From positions 1-63,041 of the forward strand of contig JACPSJ010000006.1 of assembly GCA_016193315.1 (NCBI GenBank): a DNA stretch of 63,041 bases, in the 5' to 3' direction. Both the position numbers and the translations under genes were made by a program. The notes under the pieces are model-generated. The model ran no database searches and was not told where the DNA came from. It worked only from the letters and a program-made list of their open reading frames with translations. This stretch comes from Candidatus Kerfeldbacteria bacterium (GTDB lineage: Bacteria > Patescibacteriota > Patescibacteriia > SBBC01 > CAIJZX01). Shown here one piece after another: positions 35,447 to 43,888 of this stretch (position 1 is its first letter; each line of letters begins with the position of its first letter).

Positions 35447-35785
35447 GTGAACCAGCCGCTTCTCATTCTGATTGGCACGCAACTGCTCTTTTCCACCAGC
35501 GACTTCATGGGACGGTGGTATATGTCGAAGCTGGGTTTCCACGCCAGCTCGTTCTTCAGCTGGTGGTTCGTGGCTTATTTTCTGGTTCGGACGCTCGCCA
35601 TGTTCGGCATGCTTTATGTTTTTTCGCACATCCAGTTGGGGCGGACGATGGCTCTCTTCGGCGCCTCCTCAATTCTGTTAGCCAACGTACTTGGCCTGCT
35701 GGTGTTACGAGAAGTCCTGAGCCCCACTGCCTATGCCGGAGCGTCTTTGGCGATCATTGCTTTTCTTATTCTCGCCTGGCGCTAG
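35447..35785 (+). CDS. Small 4-TM membrane protein (SMR/EamA-like, DMT superfamily)
   Basis: 112 aa with four hydrophobic helices. Confidence 0.6.
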   Translation: MNQPLLILIGTQLLFSTSDFMGRWYMSKLGFHASSFFSWWFVAYFLVRTLAMFGMLYVFSHIQLGRTMALFGASSILLANVLGLLVLREVLSPTAYAGASLAIIAFLILAWR

Positions 35786-36373
35786 ATGAAAAAGAGAGTT
35801 TTCATCATCCACGGCTGGGACGATTCACCTGCCGGCAGCTGGTTCCCGTGGTTGAAATCAAAGCTCGAAGACGAAGGCTGGCAGGTGGAAGTACCGGCCA
35901 TGCCCGACCCCGGGCAGCCGGACATCGGAAGATGGGTCGAAGCCTTGGCCGACGCAGTCGGTGAACCTGAAAAGCAAACGTACTTTGTCGGGCACAGCGT
36001 CGGCTGCCAAACGATTATTCGTTACCTAGAGAGGCTGCCGAGTAGCATTCGAGTCGGTGGAGCAGTCCTCGTCGGAGGGTGGCTCAACCTCAAACCAGCA
36101 GCGATAGAGGATAACGAGTCGAAAGCCATTGCTGAGCCGTGGTTAACCGAGCCGATTGACTGGTCCAAGGTGCGGGCGCACCTGCCGAAGGTCATCGCCA
36201 TCATGTCTGACAACGATCCGTATGTCCCACTGAGCGATGGTGCGTTGTGGCAGAAGAATCTTGCCGCGGAGCTGGTTTTGGAAAGGCAAAAGGGTCACAT
36301 GAATAGCGATGGCGACGGGGTAACCGAGTTACCAAGCGCTCTCGAAGCTATCCACAGGCTGGTTGGAAAATAA
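35786..36373 (+). CDS. Alpha/beta serine hydrolase, YdeN/RBBP9-like
   Basis: VFIIHGW start, nucleophile elbow GHSVG, about 195 aa. It starts at the nucleotide after the preceding stop. Confidence 0.7.
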   Translation: MKKRVFIIHGWDDSPAGSWFPWLKSKLEDEGWQVEVPAMPDPGQPDIGRWVEALADAVGEPEKQTYFVGHSVGCQTIIRYLERLPSSIRVGGAVLVGGWLNLKPAAIEDNESKAIAEPWLTEPIDWSKVRAHLPKVIAIMSDNDPYVPLSDGALWQKNLAAELVLERQKGHMNSDGDGVTELPSALEAIHRLVGK

Positions 36374-36436
36374 TCTTGTTGATCAAAAAAAGCAGTGCTA
36401 GACTGACTGGCGATTTTACATATTAAAGAGAGGTAT

Positions 36437-36622
36437 ATGCAGGAAGAGGAACGCGAACCCATGGACAAGGGCTTTGAAGACGAGGAAACCGGGCACGAGG
36501 TCGATGACCGAGTTAGCCAAGGGTACGTCGAGGATAAGGAGGAAGAAGGGTTGGAGGACGAGGCTGGACTGAACGACGCGGATTTGGAAGAGGAGGAGGA
36601 AGAGGAAGGAGAAGAGGCATAG
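36437..36622 (+). CDS. Hyper-acidic small protein (61 aa, about half Asp/Glu)
   Basis: AGAGAGG SD-like sequence 5 nt upstream. It could still be a chance ORF in a GA-rich tract. Confidence 0.35.
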   Translation: MQEEEREPMDKGFEDEETGHEVDDRVSQGYVEDKEEEGLEDEAGLNDADLEEEEEEEGEEA

Positions 36623-37063
36623 TAGTTGATTGGTTAATTGACCTGGGCCAGGAGTCCGGGTTTTCAGAAAACCAGGATAAAAAGAAAGGCCCCGAGCTAC
36701 CGCGGCCATTCGATTATTTGATCGCCGGGCGAGGGTCCGTTGGACCCCGCACGATTGGCGCTTTTTTGTCCCTTACCTGCGGATCCTTCCGCCGGTGCGG
36801 GTCGTTTGGCTAAAGCTCGGGGCGGGCAACTGTCCCCGGTCGGTTGGCCCGTCAGGGCCTAACCGGGGTGATCCCAGGTGGTCATCCGATGTGCCTCCTG
36901 GATCGTTCCGTCCATGGCAGTCGCGGCCAAACCGTCGTCCATGGCGGGTATGTGGTACCCTAGCACAATCGAGAAGAACAGTCCAGTCGTTGGTCGGTGG
37001 ATAAAGAAAATGGCCGTCCGGAAGGACAGCCACTGGTTTCGGTGTGCGCGGATACTGATCCGA

Positions 37064-37552
37064 CTAGGCGGGTGCCGGTTGGGGGAGCGGGGATGCGGCC
37101 GCTCTGCGGCGGGCTAGGACGCAGATGTTCAAGGGGCCATAGTAAGCCAGCTCGTCGTTGACGAATCCTTGAGCGGCGTACTCGATCGAAGCGCGACTGA
37201 CTCTCGTCAGCACCACCTCGACAACGAGGGTGTCTCCTGGGGCCGCTGGCTTGATCACTTCAACCGTGAACTTGTGAAGCCAGCCGTTGACTTGCCCACC
37301 TCGATCGTGGCCGATCATGACGCCGACGGTCTGTGCGGCGAGCTCCGGCCACCAGTGGCCCGGGAATATCTCATGTTCAGGGAAGTGGCCGTCGCAAACG
37401 CGATGGCCGACGCGCATCGTGCCGCGCGCGCGTTGCTCATCGAGAATCGTGACGCGCTGAACCAGGAGCGCCGGCAGTCGATGCGGAATGAAGCCGATGA
37501 TCTGCCGAGCTTCCAGCACGACTCCGGCCGCTTGGAGCGTCGAATCGCTCAT
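37064..37552 (-). CDS. FabZ/FabA-like hot-dog fold dehydratase
   Basis: IPHRLPALLVQRV ... DGHFPEHEIFPGHWWPELAAQT matches the (3R)-hydroxyacyl-ACP dehydratase signature HFPxxPxxPG. Confidence 0.7.
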   Translation of the reverse strand: MSDSTLQAAGVVLEARQIIGFIPHRLPALLVQRVTILDEQRARGTMRVGHRVCDGHFPEHEIFPGHWWPELAAQTVGVMIGHDRGGQVNGWLHKFTVEVIKPAAPGDTLVVEVVLTRVSRASIEYAAQGFVNDELAYYGPLNICVLARRRAAASPLPQPAPA

Positions 37553-37660
37553 CGGTTGACCTCCTCGGGTGGGGAACGAAAGGGCAGGGAATGAAAACTA
37601 TGGCTGACACTATCGAATGTTCCGTCGGTTGTCAACGGACAGGCGGTCTGTGATAGGATA

Positions 37661-38647
37661 ATGATGATGATCATCCACCTGACCGGAGCCGACACCTATC
37701 GTTCGCAGCGCCGCTTTGGGCAGCTCCGCGATGCCTTTCGGGCCAAGCACGATCGTCAAGGACTGAATACCGTCGTGCTCGACGGACAGACGGTGACCGC
37801 CGAAGAACTTCGGACGGCGGCGACCACCGTCAGTTTCTTATCCACCAAGCGTTTCATTGGCATCAATGCCTATGACTCGCGACAGTCCAGTTGTTCACCG
37901 GAACAGTTGGGCTTAGTCCTCGCACCATTGGCTAATTCGCCGGACGTGATTGTTGTCATTCGTGAAGTCCAGCCACCCAACCGTCAGGCTGGTCGAATAA
38001 AAGCTCGTGTGAGGGCGACCCGCGCGGCGGGCGTCAAGATCACGGGTGCGGACGACGAAGAGTTCTTGCCGCTGGCGCCGGCGGCCACGAGACGCTGGCT
38101 ATTAAAAGAAGCTATCAGCCGCGGCGGAAAAATTTCAACGCCGGCGGCCGACTTGTTGCTCGACTATTTCCCCGACGATTTATGGCGGCTGTCGAACGAA
38201 TTGGATAAACTGGTAGCCTATGCCGGCTCTCGGGCGATCACCCCGGCTGATGTCGACGACCTTGTTCGGGCGCCAGAGGTTTCGGATGTTTTTGCCTTGA
38301 CAGACGCCCTCGGCCAACGTCAAACCGCGACCGCCTTGCGGTTGCTACGACAAGAACTGGCGGCCGGGACGCACCCGCTGGCGTTGATTAGTCTGCTGGC
38401 CACGCATGTCCGAAATTTGTTGCTAGTTCAATCACTCGGCCAGAAAATTCACCAGCCGAACGCCATTGCTTCGGACCTCAAATTGCACCCTTTCGTAGTC
38501 AGGAAGGCCCTGGCGCAAAGCCAGAATTTTCCCGCCACCACACTTCGGCGCTGGCACCACCAACTCGTCGAGATTGATGCGGCCGTCAAAAGTTCTCCGC
38601 TCGATGCGGAGACGCTGCTCGACTTGCTGATTGTTCAGGCTGCTTAG
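37661..38647 (+). CDS. holA: DNA polymerase III delta subunit-like
   Basis: 328 aa with length and helical C-terminal pattern typical of delta subunits, and the conserved holA-rpsT neighbourhood. No sharp motif. Confidence 0.55.
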   Translation: MMMIIHLTGADTYRSQRRFGQLRDAFRAKHDRQGLNTVVLDGQTVTAEELRTAATTVSFLSTKRFIGINAYDSRQSSCSPEQLGLVLAPLANSPDVIVVIREVQPPNRQAGRIKARVRATRAAGVKITGADDEEFLPLAPAATRRWLLKEAISRGGKISTPAADLLLDYFPDDLWRLSNELDKLVAYAGSRAITPADVDDLVRAPEVSDVFALTDALGQRQTATALRLLRQELAAGTHPLALISLLATHVRNLLLVQSLGQKIHQPNAIASDLKLHPFVVRKALAQSQNFPATTLRRWHHQLVEIDAAVKSSPLDAETLLDLLIVQAA

Positions 38648-38919
38648 CCGACCGGTGGCGCCAGCTTACGAAGCGCGGCGTAAACTCGGCTTTTCTTCCG
38701 CGCGGCTGTGTTGCGGTGAATACCATGACTGCGCGCTGCCTTGTCGAGCGCTCGACTGTACTCGGCGGCTAGCGATGTAGCCTGGTCGACGTTTTTCGCT
38801 ACCAGCGCCTTACGCCATCGCAGCTGAAGTTTCTTCAGCTGTCCGCGGGCGGCGACGTTCCGCCGCCGAGCTTGTTGATTTTGCCTCAGGGATTTAGATG
38901 CCGCACGAGTGACTGGCAT
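38644..38919 (-). CDS. rpsT: 30S ribosomal protein S20
   Basis: 91 aa, highly basic, with SKSLRQNQQARRRN ... AAR HGIHRNTAARKKSR, typical of S20. Confidence 0.9.
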   Translation of the reverse strand: MPVTRAASKSLRQNQQARRRNVAARGQLKKLQLRWRKALVAKNVDQATSLAAEYSRALDKAARSHGIHRNTAARKKSRVYAALRKLAPPVG

Positions 38920-39004
38920 GGAGTGGAACTACTATCTGGTAGAAGACGCAGTGTACCATAGCCACTTTGTTTTTGACAATGCCAATCAGACGAGGTAGGG
39001 TGCC

Positions 39005-39257
39005 GATAGATCTGTCGGAATGCAGGTGCTGGTTGGGGCTCATATGTCTGCCTGGCAGGCAGCGTCACTGGCCCCCTCGGGACATCCCAGCTCGACTTCC
39101 CAATCCCCCAGAGAACGTCGGAGCGGTGAGAGCGAGTATTAGATGCACCTCCATCGCGTTCTCGCTGTGTGGCGTCCCGTTGCCAACGCCATGCCGACAC
39201 CAGCACCATTTGCTACCCCCGCAATTCGATGAGTGGCTTCCCGAATTGCGGTTTTTT
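39005..39257 (+). ncRNA. Candidate small RNA (about 250 nt) delimited by a promoter-like element and an intrinsic terminator
   Basis: TTGACA (38973-38978), 17 nt, TAGGGT (38996-39001). Terminator CCGCAATTCG-loop-CGAATTGCGG followed by TTTTTT (39219-39257). No convincing ORF between them and no match to RNA families I can recognise. Confidence 0.25.
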
Positions 39258-39744
39258 AGCTCACCAGAAATCTATTGACACCTTGACAAGCCAGGCGTAG
39301 TTTGGCGGTAGTCGCTCCTTGAGCGTCTACGACATAGAGTCGCGGGCAAAAACCCGTGATTTTAGCGCAAAGGCGCGGTCTGTAACAGTCCGCCCTTTGA
39401 CAACCTATTCGGATAGAAAGGAGGTATGCAGAATCTGAGGCAGTTGTGGTACTTGTAGCTACCTGAAACGTTTCCCATCCCCCTGAACCATATTCGCGCC
39501 CCATCCTAATGTGGCGCGGCAGCTCCCATCCAAAACAGGGAGCGGGAAGGAAAGCATTGCGAAGATTGATCGCGGCAGTTTTGTTTACGGCCGCAGTCAT
39601 CGCGATTCGAGCGCACGCGGTTCTGGAGGTTGAAAAACTCCGGTTCCAACTTCGCCCAAGAGAAACCCAAACTCTGGTTTGTGTCCGACATCCAGTCGAC
39701 GCAGATCAGTACGCCGCCGATTCATGGTGGCCAGGAGGAGAGCG

Positions 39745-40650
39745 ATGATCAAGGTGTTGATCGTCGTCATGCTATGGCTGGGCATCACCAGTCAATCGTT
39801 CGCCCAGGGCAGGACGCCAACCCTGCCCCCGCGGGCGCAGACGTTTGAGGAGTTACTGGCCTCGCCGGCCAGCGATCTGGTCGTGACCGGAACGGTCCTG
39901 ACCGCGGTCGAGAAGCCGCGCGGCTACGCCGGCGGCTGCGGTTACGGTACGGACCTGTCCGTCCTGCCAGTGACGGACATCGACATCCGGGTCGGCCGCG
40001 TCATCTTCGGCGTGGCCGAGGACTCGGTGGTCAACGTCACGATTCTCGATCAGGGGTTCGGATACCTGATCGGTAAGGAAGTCGTCGTTTGGGCCCACCG
40101 CACTTGTCAAGACGCCATGCGTCTTCGCGGGTGGATGGGCGTCATCGAATCCGATGGCCTGATCGGTCACGGCAATGGACGGCCGGTTTTCAAAGTGCGG
40201 TCGGGCCGGTGGGAACCGAGGATGCCGAGCAGTCGGCTCGAGTCTCCATCGCTTACCGGACGCCAGCACTCGACCGGTCTCTTCAACGGCGTCGGCGGAA
40301 TCGCGATGGCCCGGGTGGTGACGGTCGAACCGTGGTCTGAACACGGGTCGGTCTACCACGTTCAGGGCCTGGGGTGGCTCGTCGGTAACGGCGAAGTCAT
40401 TCCGACGGACATCAGCTTCCCGCGCGAGGCGCTGTGTTACCCACACATCAACGCGGGCGACTCACTGCTGGTGCCGGTGCGACTCAATGGCCGGGACGCG
40501 CGGCTGACGTTGCCAGCTTGTCCGACAGCGCTGCGGGTCAGAGACGGCTTTGCCCCCGGACTCGGGGTGCCAATCGCCAATCTTGACCGGGCGTTGCAGC
40601 AGGTCGGGTCGACGTGGTGGCTGCGAACGTTTCAACGGCGGGGGCCGTAG
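39745..40650 (+). CDS. Secreted hypothetical protein
   Basis: AGGAGG SD and signal peptide MIKVLIVVMLWLGITSQSFAQG. I chose the start at 39745 rather than 39679. Confidence 0.65.
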   Translation: MIKVLIVVMLWLGITSQSFAQGRTPTLPPRAQTFEELLASPASDLVVTGTVLTAVEKPRGYAGGCGYGTDLSVLPVTDIDIRVGRVIFGVAEDSVVNVTILDQGFGYLIGKEVVVWAHRTCQDAMRLRGWMGVIESDGLIGHGNGRPVFKVRSGRWEPRMPSSRLESPSLTGRQHSTGLFNGVGGIAMARVVTVEPWSEHGSVYHVQGLGWLVGNGEVIPTDISFPREALCYPHINAGDSLLVPVRLNGRDARLTLPACPTALRVRDGFAPGLGVPIANLDRALQQVGSTWWLRTFQRRGP

Positions 40651-40652
40651 TC

Positions 40653-43199
40653 ATGCGGCCCGCACGAGTGGTTCTGTTCATCGCGTGGGCGGTGTTGGGG
40701 GTATACGCACCCCACACCGCTCGCGCCGATCCCTGTGCCACCTTCATCACCTGCGAGGATGACAACTCGAAGTACGTGATGAGGTGGCCGCGCCAAAGCC
40801 AGAATTGGAATGTCGACCTTATTCCCGGCGGCGCCCATGTGGTCTTCACCCACTTCGACGCCCAGGATATGATCGCCATTGCACTCCGGAGGTATTACAG
40901 GCTTGATCCGGCAGTGCCCTGGGACCAAGTCGACCTGGCACGGTCGGGTTCGTACGCCAGAACCGTCCATTGGGTTGCGCAAGCGGACCTCGAGGCTGAC
41001 CCCGAGAACGAAGAGGGGTTTCCCTTTGCCTGGGCGGGGAGTGGGTTGTCAAGTCGCCCACTGTGCTGGCTCGTTACGAGCGAAGTTCGGTTCGCGGTTG
41101 ATCCGCATACCGGTTCTCAATCAGCCTGTTGGATGAACCACGACTATGACCCGTTTTTCTGTGGGCCGATTGCCTGCGGCAACACGCGGCTGGATTTCTT
41201 GTCAGTCGCGGTCCACGAGGTCGGGCACGTATTCGGTCTGGCCGACAATTACGATAGCAACTTCGATCGGGCGGCAATGTACAACTGGGTCGCCTTCTGC
41301 GACACCACGAAACGCCAGCTGTTGCCGTGTGAGGCGGACACGGTTCGGCGTCGCTACCACGACAATCCGGCGGCCAGCCTGCGAGGGTTTGCCGCCTACC
41401 GGTCTGGGAGCGGAGTCGAAGCCGTCTGGGATCTCGAGACCGGGGAACGGAATACCCGGCAATACCACCTCGCTCATGCTCCGGACTGGAATACAACCCC
41501 ACAATACGTGGCAGTTGTACCAACCACCGGGGCGCGCACCTACGCGGTGGAGATTCCCGGCGTCAACGACGGCGTGATCCGCATCTACGAAGAGGAGCTC
41601 GACGGGACGATGTTGTCCCTCGGCGCCGATCTGATCGGAGAACGTCCGCCTCCGGTTGTCCCGGCTGTCTTCAGGGCCGGCAACATCGACAGCATGTGTC
41701 GGGCCATCGAGGCGGAGTACGCCCGCTACGGCATGAGGCGGGCGGTGCCAGAAGGAGTCGGGATTCAGAACATCATCTTCGCCCGAGATTCGATGATGGC
41801 GCCGGCCCGGTGGTTCGCGGATTGGAAACGCGACAACTGGGGAATCAATTCGGTGGCCATGTCCGTCGATTCGATCGGCGGAGACGTAATGATCAAGCCG
41901 ACCATCCAGCAGCAGCTGCCGTCCGGAGGCACGGTGACGCTGCTCGGGAGCGCCTTCGAGGACTACTCGGTCACCGGCGAACCGATGCGGGCCGATCCGG
42001 ACAAGTACCGAAACGGTCTGGTCAAGGATCCGTTTCCGAATCAGCCCTACCGGGACATCATCCGGACCTACTTCATCGTCGATACGTTGCCCCCGGATGC
42101 CTCGGTGGGTAGCGGACTGCCCTGGGTGACGACCGATGCCTGGTTCGTAGACTTCACCGGCGACCTGTTCGCTGATGAAGGATACGGGATCGGCCGGTTG
42201 CCAGCGCAGAACGTCGATGAATCCTGGTTGATGATTTTCGAGTCAGCCAGGTTCTTCAACCCCCAGCAGGGCAACGTCTGGCACCTCAGCTACGCTCAGG
42301 ATTGGCAGTGGAATCTCGGGGTGGTGGCCACGTCGATGGCCGACAGCGTCCAAGCCGTCGAGATTCCGCAGTTTGCACGGCAATACCGGTTCGAGGATAA
42401 TCCAAGTAATCCGATGTCCGGGTCGCAACGGGACGCGGCCTTCACCACCGCTTTCAACAACGGCGGGCTGTGGGTCGATATGTCCGGGACGGTGTCCGGC
42501 GGATACAACACGGTCGACTTCGGACGCGTCAACCGGGGTTACCGCATTTCCGACCTGCAATCGAATCCCGGCAATCTGGCGATCGTCCTCGGCTGGTCGT
42601 GTTACATCGCGAACCACGCCGGGACGGAAAACCCCGTCTACGGACACCGCTCGTCCATCCAGCTGTTGCTGGATGATGGCGGCGCCCGGGCGGTCATCGG
42701 CGCGACGTCCGGTACCTTGCAGATGCCGAACCAGAGCATCGGGGTGTACTGGCATCGCAATTGGATGGCGCATCCGGAGTGGGGGCTGGGGCGTCTGTTG
42801 CAGGCGACCCTCCGGGATGCTTACCAAGCGGATGAACGGGACTCCACGGTGGCGCGCGAGTATGTGCTGCTTGGAGATCCAGACATCACCGTGCCGCACC
42901 CGCTGCCGCCGGTCGTTGGCAGAGACGACCCGGATGCCCCGTCGGTCAAGCTCTACGTCTCGCCGAATCCGGCCTGGTCGGATGTCGGCCTAGCCTGGGT
43001 CATGCCGCAGGAGGAGCATGTCCAGCTCGAAGTGTTCGATGTCAGCGGCCGCAAACTGCAAACCCTTGTCGACCGTCAGCTCTCGGCTGGTCTCCACACG
43101 ATGTCTTGGAAACCGATATCGGCGCAGCCCGGCATCTACTTCGTCGGACTACGCGTCGGATCGGAGGTATCCAGACGGAAAGTAGTCTGGCTGCGGTAG
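40653..43199 (+). CDS. Large secreted protease: HExxHxxGxxD zincin motif, large middle region (tentatively gingipain/C25-like) and a T9SS-type C-terminal sorting domain
   Basis: Signal peptide MRPARVVLFIAWAVLGVYAPHTARA; HEVGHVFGLADNYD (snapalysin-like metal site); C-terminal ~80 aa VSPNPAWSDVGLAWVMPQEEHVQLEVFDVSGRKLQTLV...GIYFVGLRVG...RKVVWLR matches the Por/T9SS CTD pattern. Confidence 0.75.
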   Translation: MRPARVVLFIAWAVLGVYAPHTARADPCATFITCEDDNSKYVMRWPRQSQNWNVDLIPGGAHVVFTHFDAQDMIAIALRRYYRLDPAVPWDQVDLARSGSYARTVHWVAQADLEADPENEEGFPFAWAGSGLSSRPLCWLVTSEVRFAVDPHTGSQSACWMNHDYDPFFCGPIACGNTRLDFLSVAVHEVGHVFGLADNYDSNFDRAAMYNWVAFCDTTKRQLLPCEADTVRRRYHDNPAASLRGFAAYRSGSGVEAVWDLETGERNTRQYHLAHAPDWNTTPQYVAVVPTTGARTYAVEIPGVNDGVIRIYEEELDGTMLSLGADLIGERPPPVVPAVFRAGNIDSMCRAIEAEYARYGMRRAVPEGVGIQNIIFARDSMMAPARWFADWKRDNWGINSVAMSVDSIGGDVMIKPTIQQQLPSGGTVTLLGSAFEDYSVTGEPMRADPDKYRNGLVKDPFPNQPYRDIIRTYFIVDTLPPDASVGSGLPWVTTDAWFVDFTGDLFADEGYGIGRLPAQNVDESWLMIFESARFFNPQQGNVWHLSYAQDWQWNLGVVATSMADSVQAVEIPQFARQYRFEDNPSNPMSGSQRDAAFTTAFNNGGLWVDMSGTVSGGYNTVDFGRVNRGYRISDLQSNPGNLAIVLGWSCYIANHAGTENPVYGHRSSIQLLLDDGGARAVIGATSGTLQMPNQSIGVYWHRNWMAHPEWGLGRLLQATLRDAYQADERDSTVAREYVLLGDPDITVPHPLPPVVGRDDPDAPSVKLYVSPNPAWSDVGLAWVMPQEEHVQLEVFDVSGRKLQTLVDRQLSAGLHTMSWKPISAQPGIYFVGLRVGSEVSRRKVVWLR

Positions 43200-43232
43200 T
43201 ACTGGCGAGTCTGCTTTGAGGAGGTGATCAAG

Positions 43233-43457
43233 GTGCATTGGTTGAATAGATTCCTGGGTCGTAAGCTGTGGGTCGGGGTAGTGGTCATTCCGCTCCTCGG
43301 GCCGGTAGCCGTGACCGTACACACCTGGACAGCGGTGCTGTCCGGTGCGGCGGTGACCATCTCGCTCACGGCTTCGCGCTGTGGCAACAACGAGCCGCGC
43401 GACCAGCGGCCCGTCAAGAACATCGACGGCGAGTTGCCGCCGGACAAGGAACCGTAA
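43233..43457 (+). CDS. Small secreted/membrane peptide, paralogue 1 (about 74 aa)
   Basis: GAGGAGG lies 8 nt upstream of the GTG at 43233. It shares RKLWxGxVxIPLxGP, VTVHTxTAVLxGA and RPVxKNxxGxLPPDKxP with the next ORF. Confidence 0.55.
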   Translation: MHWLNRFLGRKLWVGVVVIPLLGPVAVTVHTWTAVLSGAAVTISLTASRCGNNEPRDQRPVKNIDGELPPDKEP

Positions 43458-43493
43458 TCTGCCAGGAACGTGCTTGAGAAAGAGGTGATCGAT

Positions 43494-43721
43494 GTGAACC
43501 GGTTAGTGAAATGCATGACCAGGAAGCTGTGGACCGGCATGGTGCTCATCCCGCTCTTCGGCCCGGCCCCAGTTCTGGTGACCGTACACACCGGCACAGC
43601 CGTTCTGGTCGGGGCGGTCGGGACTGCGACCTTGTCCTCGTGCTGGGGGGGCGGGTCAGGGGACGAGCGGCCCGTCATGAAGAATCTCGGCGATGTGCTG
43701 CCGCCGGACAAGAACCCATAA
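43494..43721 (+). CDS. Small secreted peptide, paralogue 2 (about 75 aa), lipobox-like LSSC
   Basis: The duplicated SD-plus-spacer (AGAGGTGATCGATGTG versus GGAGGTGATCAAGGTG) places the start at the GTG at 43494. TATLSSCWGG resembles a lipoprotein signal cleavage site. Confidence 0.55.
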   Translation: MNRLVKCMTRKLWTGMVLIPLFGPAPVLVTVHTGTAVLVGAVGTATLSSCWGGGSGDERPVMKNLGDVLPPDKNP

Positions 43722-43819
43722 GGGCGGCCACCGAAGGAGTCACGTCGCATCCGTACTTTCCGCTGAATCAGGGGCATCATCAGGGTCCCCACCCTCCTGA
43801 CTTCTGCGGGAGTCAACCT

Positions 43820-43847
43820 GCCGCTCGGCATCGCCGGGCGGCTTTTT
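43820..43847 (+). terminator. Rho-independent terminator after the small-peptide pair
   Basis: GCCGCTCGGC-ATC-GCCGGGCGGC followed by TTTTT. Confidence 0.6.
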
Positions 43848-43852
43848 CTGTT

Positions 43853-43888
43853 AAAAAACCCCCTAACCTGCTGGTCGGGGGTTAGGGG
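43853..43888 (-). terminator. Rho-independent terminator of the M16 peptidase gene
   Basis: Minus strand: CCCCTAACC-loop-GGTTAGGGG followed by a T-run (plus-strand AAAAAA at 43853-43858). Confidence 0.55.

Noticed and set aside
36623-37063. ORFs 36773-37033 (-), 36795-37004 (+) and 36878-37117 (+) in the gap between the acidic ORF and the FabZ-like gene.
   Set aside because: They overlap one another, are Arg/Gly/Pro-rich and lack SD sequences. The region may be a decayed gene or a 3' UTR, and I cannot support a call.
43136-43831. 231-aa minus-strand ORF covering the small-peptide pair.
   Set aside because: It has no SD, it is Ser/Thr/Pro/Arg-rich, and it spans two plus-strand units that each have their own duplicated SD and show protein-level conservation.
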